NCBI GenBank assembly: GCA_046757165.1
Contig: JBHHXT010000003.1
Coordinates: forward strand, 36,144-100,143
Direction of reading: 5' to 3'
Length of the DNA: 64,000 nucleotides
DNA from: a bacterium
Lineage (GTDB): Bacteria; Zhuqueibacterota; Zhuqueibacteria; Oceanimicrobiales; Oceanimicrobiaceae
Shown: one piece after another, positions 58,977 through 64,000 of the stretch
How positions within the stretch are numbered: position 1 is the first letter of the stretch
How the letters are laid out: the number at the start of each line of letters is the position of its first letter
Notes under the pieces: generated by a model
Database searches by the model: none
Told to the model about the DNA's origin: nothing
The model's input: only the letters and a program-made list of their open reading frames with translations
Program-made: the position numbers and the translations under genes

Positions 58977-59219
58977 GGTGACGCTTTTGCTGATGTCGAG
59001 ACAGCGCCAGACCGAAAACTGAAAATAGAGTGTCTGCAGAGCGTTGCGGACAGGCGCACGGTCCTTGAAATTCATCTGGCTCAACATGGGATAAATCACT
59101 GCAGGACCGTCACCTGCGACAACGACATCAATGACTTCGAAGCGATGAAGTTGGTAGGCCTGCCTGTGGCGCCTGCAGATGCTCAGTGGAAAAGGGTGAT
59201 CTGCGCACATGAATGCTGA
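58977..59219 (+). pseudogene. Decayed fragment of a KdsC/YrbI-like HAD phosphatase
   Basis: Manual translation …RKLKIECLQSVAD…HGIN…DNDINDFEAMKLVGLPVAPADA…; no N-terminal DxDG motif and no usable start. Confidence 0.65.
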
Positions 59220-59937
59220 TTTTTTCAAAGAGTCTGCACCCTTGCAAGAGTTTGTCGTTATTATTCAGGCGCGCATGGGATCGAAGCGGTTACCTGGCAA
59301 AACGTTTCACATGTTGAAGGGAAAACCCACAATTGAACACTTGATTGATTCAATCGTCCAGTGCGTTGATAGATCGAGAATTGTCGTTGCGACATCGGTT
59401 TGTTCCAAAGATGATGTTATCTCTGACTATTGTTTGAACAACGATATCGCTGTGTTTCGAGGAGAGCTCGGCAACGTCGCCTCCAGGTTTTATGAAATCG
59501 TCAAGACACTGAATCCCCATTACTTTGTTCGACTCAATGCTGACAGTCCGCTCTTTGACTACCGGGTTCTGGCCCTGGCATTGGAAACATTTCAAAACGC
59601 CGAATGCGACCTGGTGTCGACCTCATGTGAAAAGTCATTTCCGTCCGGGCTGCATGTGGAAATCGTGAAGGCGGAAACGTTCTTGAATGCCTACCAGAAG
59701 TTCAGCACACCAGACCATTTTGAACACGTCACTCTCTATTTCTATGAGAACAAAGACTCCGCTAGAATACTGTCTCTCAGAGCGCAAATACAAAACCCGG
59801 GACGATACAAGTTTAGTCTCGATACTGTAGAAGACAGAGAGAGACTCGAAAAATTCTTTCATTCCCTGGAGAACCCGCACTATACCTATACCCTGCAAGA
59901 CAAGTGTACCCTTTTCAATAAGCTCTTCCTCAATTAA
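59209..59937 (+). CDS. SpsF-like cytidylyltransferase
   Basis: IIQARMGSKRLPGK, RLNADSP, EHVT and SLDTVED. Confidence 0.9.
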   Translation: MNADFFKESAPLQEFVVIIQARMGSKRLPGKTFHMLKGKPTIEHLIDSIVQCVDRSRIVVATSVCSKDDVISDYCLNNDIAVFRGELGNVASRFYEIVKTLNPHYFVRLNADSPLFDYRVLALALETFQNAECDLVSTSCEKSFPSGLHVEIVKAETFLNAYQKFSTPDHFEHVTLYFYENKDSARILSLRAQIQNPGRYKFSLDTVEDRERLEKFFHSLENPHYTYTLQDKCTLFNKLFLN

Positions 59938-59943
59938 CTGACC

Positions 59944-60942
59944 ATGTTGAAAGTCGGAATCATTGGATTAGGCGTCGGTGAGAAGCATATCGCCGGGTAT
60001 CAATCTCATCAACACTGCAAAGTTACCGCACTTTGTGATTTTAGCACCGCCAAGAGGAGAAGTGCACAAATCAAGTATCCGGACATGCGCGTGACTGCCA
60101 ATGCCGATGAGCTCATTGAAGATGAGAATATCGATGTAATCTCGATTGCATCCTATGACAACTTCCATTATGAACAAATCACAAGCGCCATCGAGAACAA
60201 CAAGCATGTTTTTGTAGAAAAACCGCTGTGCCTTTTTGAGTCAGAAGCCCGGCATATCAAGAGAAAGTTGGATGAGAACCCTCACCTGAAGATGTCTTCA
60301 AATCTGATATTGAGAAGGTCTCCCAGGTTTGTCGAATTGAAACAAATGGTAGAGGAGGACTATCTGGGTGAGATTTTTTCAATCGAAGGGGACTACAACT
60401 ACGGCAGGTTGACAAAGATTACAGATGGATGGCGTGGCAGGCTCGATTTCTATTCGGTCATACAAGGCGGGGGCATCCATATCGTCGATTTGCTGCTGTG
60501 GCTGACGAATGACAAAGTCATTGAAGTAGCAGCCTTTGGAAATCGGATTTCGTCCAGGGGCACCCGTTTCAAACACCATGATATGGTGATGAGCATCCTG
60601 AGGTTCGAGCACGGAAGCGTCGGCAAGGTTACGGCAAATTTCGGCTGTGTATTTCCGCATTTCCACCGGCTTGCACTCTATGGCACGAGAGCGACCTTCA
60701 TCCATGAGCTGTCCGGAGCTCGTTGCTATACTTCGCGGAATCCTGAGATTGCCCCTCGCGAGATTGAGACCGCCTATCCGGGTGTTGCGAAAGGGGATCT
60801 GCTTTATGATTTCATCGATGCGATCATCAATGACTCCCGGCCGGAGATTGGCAAAGACGATGTATTCAAATCTATGTCCGTATGCTTTGCGATTGAAAAA
60901 GCGTCTCAAAAGAACGAAACCGTCAGGGTTGATTACATTTAG
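59944..60942 (+). CDS. Gfo/Idh/MocA oxidoreductase
   Basis: IIGLGVG, VEKP and GIHIVD. Confidence 0.9.
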   Translation: MLKVGIIGLGVGEKHIAGYQSHQHCKVTALCDFSTAKRRSAQIKYPDMRVTANADELIEDENIDVISIASYDNFHYEQITSAIENNKHVFVEKPLCLFESEARHIKRKLDENPHLKMSSNLILRRSPRFVELKQMVEEDYLGEIFSIEGDYNYGRLTKITDGWRGRLDFYSVIQGGGIHIVDLLLWLTNDKVIEVAAFGNRISSRGTRFKHHDMVMSILRFEHGSVGKVTANFGCVFPHFHRLALYGTRATFIHELSGARCYTSRNPEIAPREIETAYPGVAKGDLLYDFIDAIINDSRPEIGKDDVFKSMSVCFAIEKASQKNETVRVDYI

Positions 60943-60950
60943 AGGGTGAG

Positions 60951-62102
60951 ATGAAGCAGATCAAATTCGGCAAACCGCTGATTGGCCAGCAAGAGAAAGA
61001 CGCAGTCTTGGCCGTGCTGCAGGGAGACACGCTCGTTCACGGCCCAAGGGCCAAAACGTTCGAAGCGCAGTTTGCCGCATACACGGGGGCGCCCCATGCC
61101 GTCTCGGTGTCGAGCTGTACAGCAGCGTTACATCTTTGCTACTTTTACCTGGGGATCGGACCGGGCGACGAGGTCATCGTTCCCGCCCAGACCCACACGG
61201 CGACGGCTCATGCGGTGGAGTTCACCGGTGCCAGGCCCGTCTTTGTAGACGCGGAAAAGAATACCGGAAATATTGACATCGAGCAAATCGAGGAGAACAT
61301 CTCGGATCGTACCCGAGCGCTGTCCGTGGTACATTTTCTCGGCATGCCTGTCGACATGGACCGCGTCTTGAATATTGCCAAGAAATATGATCTTTTTGTG
61401 GTCGAGGATTGCGCGTTGTCCATCGGCGCGACCTTCAAAGGCACGCACTCCGGCTTGCTGGGTGACGCCGGGTGCTTCTCCTTCTATCCCGTCAAACACA
61501 TGACCACCGCAGAAGGGGGGATGCTGATCACCAAACTCGGACAATTGGCGAAAAAGGTGGTGCGGCAGAAAGCGTTTGGCGTCGACCGCACCGTCAGCGA
61601 GAGAAAGGTGCCCGGGGTTTACGATGTCGACATGCTCGGATTCAACTATCGAATGAGTGAGCTTCACGCGGCAATTGGACTCGAGCAGATCAGGCGCATG
61701 GATGACTTCCTCCGGGCCCGCAAAGAAAACTACGCCAGGTTAACAGCCGGACTGGAACAGATCGAGGAGATTTCACTGTTTCAGTCGTCTCATGCGGAAT
61801 TCGAGAGCAGCCACTATTGCCACGCCGTTCTGCTCAACGGCTCGCTGGCTGGCAATCGATTTGAAATTGTCACCGCCTTGAAAGATGCCGGAGTCGGAAC
61901 CAGTGTCTACTACCCTCGGGCTGTACCGCATCTGACCTATTATCGAGAAAAACACGGATACACAGACAGCAGCTTCCCCGTCGCCGCCTGGATCAGTGAC
62001 AGCTCGATCGCCTTGCCTGTCGGGCCACACCTGAGCCCGGAAGATATGGACTATGTTGTTGACTCGCTCAAGAAAGCAATCCTGAAGGTGAAGTCGTCAT
62101 GA
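60951..62102 (+). CDS. DegT/DnrJ/EryC1/StrS sugar aminotransferase
   Basis: SSCTAALH, EDCA, FSFYPVKHMTTAEGG and GFNYRM. Confidence 0.95.
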   Translation: MKQIKFGKPLIGQQEKDAVLAVLQGDTLVHGPRAKTFEAQFAAYTGAPHAVSVSSCTAALHLCYFYLGIGPGDEVIVPAQTHTATAHAVEFTGARPVFVDAEKNTGNIDIEQIEENISDRTRALSVVHFLGMPVDMDRVLNIAKKYDLFVVEDCALSIGATFKGTHSGLLGDAGCFSFYPVKHMTTAEGGMLITKLGQLAKKVVRQKAFGVDRTVSERKVPGVYDVDMLGFNYRMSELHAAIGLEQIRRMDDFLRARKENYARLTAGLEQIEEISLFQSSHAEFESSHYCHAVLLNGSLAGNRFEIVTALKDAGVGTSVYYPRAVPHLTYYREKHGYTDSSFPVAAWISDSSIALPVGPHLSPEDMDYVVDSLKKAILKVKSS

Positions 62103-63100
62103 GTTTGAAGAAACGAATTGCTTTGATCGGCGGGGCTGGATTTATCGGCCACAACCTGGCGCTCGCCCTTGCAAGAAAAGGGCATAGTGTCCATGTCGTG
62201 GACAGCCTGGCCGTCAATAACTTCCTCTATCTGGCCTCGGCCAACAACAGAGTGGTCAACCGTAAGTTTTACATCAGGATGACCGATGAGCGGCTGGCGT
62301 TGCTGGAGCAGGCAGGCGTCGCCTTCTACGCACAAGACGCCAGAGAATATCATGAGTTATCACAACTGCTCGGAAGAATCGAACCGCAAATCGTGGTGTT
62401 GTTAGCGGCGGTTTCCCATGCGGACCGGTCTAACAAAGCTCCTTACAGCACGTTTGATCACAGCTTCCGCACGCTGGAGAATACCCTCGATAATTGCCGC
62501 AGTGACTGTGTGGAACATTTTATCTATTTTTCCTCCAGTATGGTCTACGGCCATTTCAAGCATGGGCTGGTGACTGAAGACACACCGTGTGAGCCTCTCG
62601 GCATCTACGGCGCCCTCAAATACGGCGGTGAAAAACTCGTGACGGCCTATAACCAGGTATTCGGACTGCCCTGTACCATTGTGCGTCCCTCGGCGCTATA
62701 TGGGGAAAGATGTGTCAGCCGCCGGGTGGTGCAGATTTTTGTCGAAAGCGCGATGCGGGGCGAGGACATTGTCATCAAAGGAGATGGTGAGGACCGGCTG
62801 GATTTTACCTATATCGACGACCTGGTCGCGGGAGTCATCAATGTCACCGAAAGCGAGAATTCAAAAAACAACATTTTCAATCTGACTTATGGGGAATCCA
62901 GGTCACTGACTGACCTCGCCAATATCGTGGCCGAGTATTTCCCCAGAATCAAAGTGACTCACCTGCCCAAAGACCGCCTGACCCCGGAAAGGGGGACGCT
63001 CTCTGTGGAAAAAGCCAGGAAAATGCTTGGGTACAATCCTCAGTTTCCGCTGGAAAAAGGCATTCCGAAGTATATCGACTGGTACAAATCATTTCTGTAG
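62099..63100 (+). CDS. NAD-dependent epimerase/dehydratase
   Basis: GGAGFIG, FSSSMVYG and YGALK. Confidence 0.92.
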   Translation: MSLKKRIALIGGAGFIGHNLALALARKGHSVHVVDSLAVNNFLYLASANNRVVNRKFYIRMTDERLALLEQAGVAFYAQDAREYHELSQLLGRIEPQIVVLLAAVSHADRSNKAPYSTFDHSFRTLENTLDNCRSDCVEHFIYFSSSMVYGHFKHGLVTEDTPCEPLGIYGALKYGGEKLVTAYNQVFGLPCTIVRPSALYGERCVSRRVVQIFVESAMRGEDIVIKGDGEDRLDFTYIDDLVAGVINVTESENSKNNIFNLTYGESRSLTDLANIVAEYFPRIKVTHLPKDRLTPERGTLSVEKARKMLGYNPQFPLEKGIPKYIDWYKSFL

Positions 63101-63103
63101 ATC

Positions 63104-63847
63104 ATGCCTGGCCAACAAAACATCATACCGGATGATTGGCTGTCCGAAATCCTGGCCCGTCGTGTATACAGACTGGTGCCCGACGATGAGTTTGTCAAGA
63201 AGGCCCGCAATTCTGCGAGCGCAGAACATGCCCGGTTGCGCCGTTTGATGGACAGCAAACCGGTCTTCTTTTACGCCAGGGTGGCGCTCGAGGCCATAGA
63301 CGCCATCACGTTCCTGGAAGAGCAAGGGTTCCATCTTATCGAAACGAATGTGTCGCTGGAGCGCCCGAGTGCGCCGCCACCCAGCGTCAGCAGAGATTGT
63401 GATGTGCGCTTTGCAGAGGCGGAAGATGAGGCGCAAACTGTCGAGCTTGGCAGAAAAGCGTTCCGCTTCGCCAGATTTCACCTGGATAGTCATTTTTCAA
63501 CTGCGATGGCTGACCGAATCAAAGCGGAGTGGGTTCGAAACTACTTCAAAGGGAAAAGAGGCGAATACATGGTCGTGGCGGTCAAAGACGGCAGGGTTAC
63601 GGGGTTTCTGCAGCTCCTTCAGAACCCAGACGGGGTGCTCACCATTGACCTGATTGGGGTTGACCAGCGCTATCGTCGGCAGGGCATCGCCAGGAACATG
63701 ATCGCTTTTGCCATGACACATTGCCCCCATTCCACGATGACTGTCGGGACTCAGATGGTGAATATCGCCTCGATCAGACTCTATGAAGAGATGGGATTCC
63801 GGATGGATTCCGCCAGGTATGTTTTCCACTTTCACAATGATCTTTGA
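63104..63847 (+). CDS. GNAT acetyltransferase (WecD-like)
   Basis: RFHLD, IDLIGV..YRRQGIA and VGTQMVN…LYEEMGF. Confidence 0.88.
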   Translation: MPGQQNIIPDDWLSEILARRVYRLVPDDEFVKKARNSASAEHARLRRLMDSKPVFFYARVALEAIDAITFLEEQGFHLIETNVSLERPSAPPPSVSRDCDVRFAEAEDEAQTVELGRKAFRFARFHLDSHFSTAMADRIKAEWVRNYFKGKRGEYMVVAVKDGRVTGFLQLLQNPDGVLTIDLIGVDQRYRRQGIARNMIAFAMTHCPHSTMTVGTQMVNIASIRLYEEMGFRMDSARYVFHFHNDL

Positions 63848-64000
63848 TTAGGGTGCAGGTTCCGTTTTGCGTGCTTGACAGGATAACAGGATTCTCGAGA
63901 TTTACAGGATTTCATTTTGGGCAAAGAAAGTAGAAGTAAAAAGAAACGTTAGCAGTAATAAAGTAAAGCACTCATAATAAAGAATAAGTGGGTAAACTGA

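Overview
Bacterial chromosomal window with mostly moderately GC-rich coding DNA and AT-rich intergenic stretches. Gene content and order suggest an FCB-related lineage such as KSB1, Calditrichota or Ignavibacteria; this is inference only, based on the MGQQQLLL pilin-like protein, the bEBP-lptE-TPR block, the long SecA and UpxY. Left to right it contains: (1) 1-12 kb, minus strand: an apparent sigma54-driven operon joining a Hanks-type Ser/Thr signalling cassette (PEGA kinase, FHA-FHA-TM-FG-GAP protein, membrane PP2C, small TPR protein, TPR/pseudo-cyclase/pseudokinase) to an atypical pilin, pilC and a partial pilB. (2) 12.3-17.8 kb: an RsbU/RsbW/RsbV partner-switching module with no sigma factor, directly followed by mlaE-mlaF-mlaD and a PqiC-like lipoprotein. 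(3) Two-component genes, a lytic transglycosylase, a PpiD-like chaperone, uvrB, a satD plus membrane-protein pair, purD, envelope genes, an MFS transporter, an IS1380-like remnant, hbd and an acyl-CoA dehydrogenase. (4) A housekeeping block ilvE-nusB-secA-smg-topA-xerC-hpf-hprK-PTS IIA/IIB. (5) The start of a UpxY/SLBB/Wzc polysaccharide locus with sugar-modifying enzymes. Intergenic regions carry small structured repeats with conserved ends and exchangeable microsatellite cores. No rRNA, tRNA or CRISPR array was recognised. All calls come from motif reading by eye; no searches were run.
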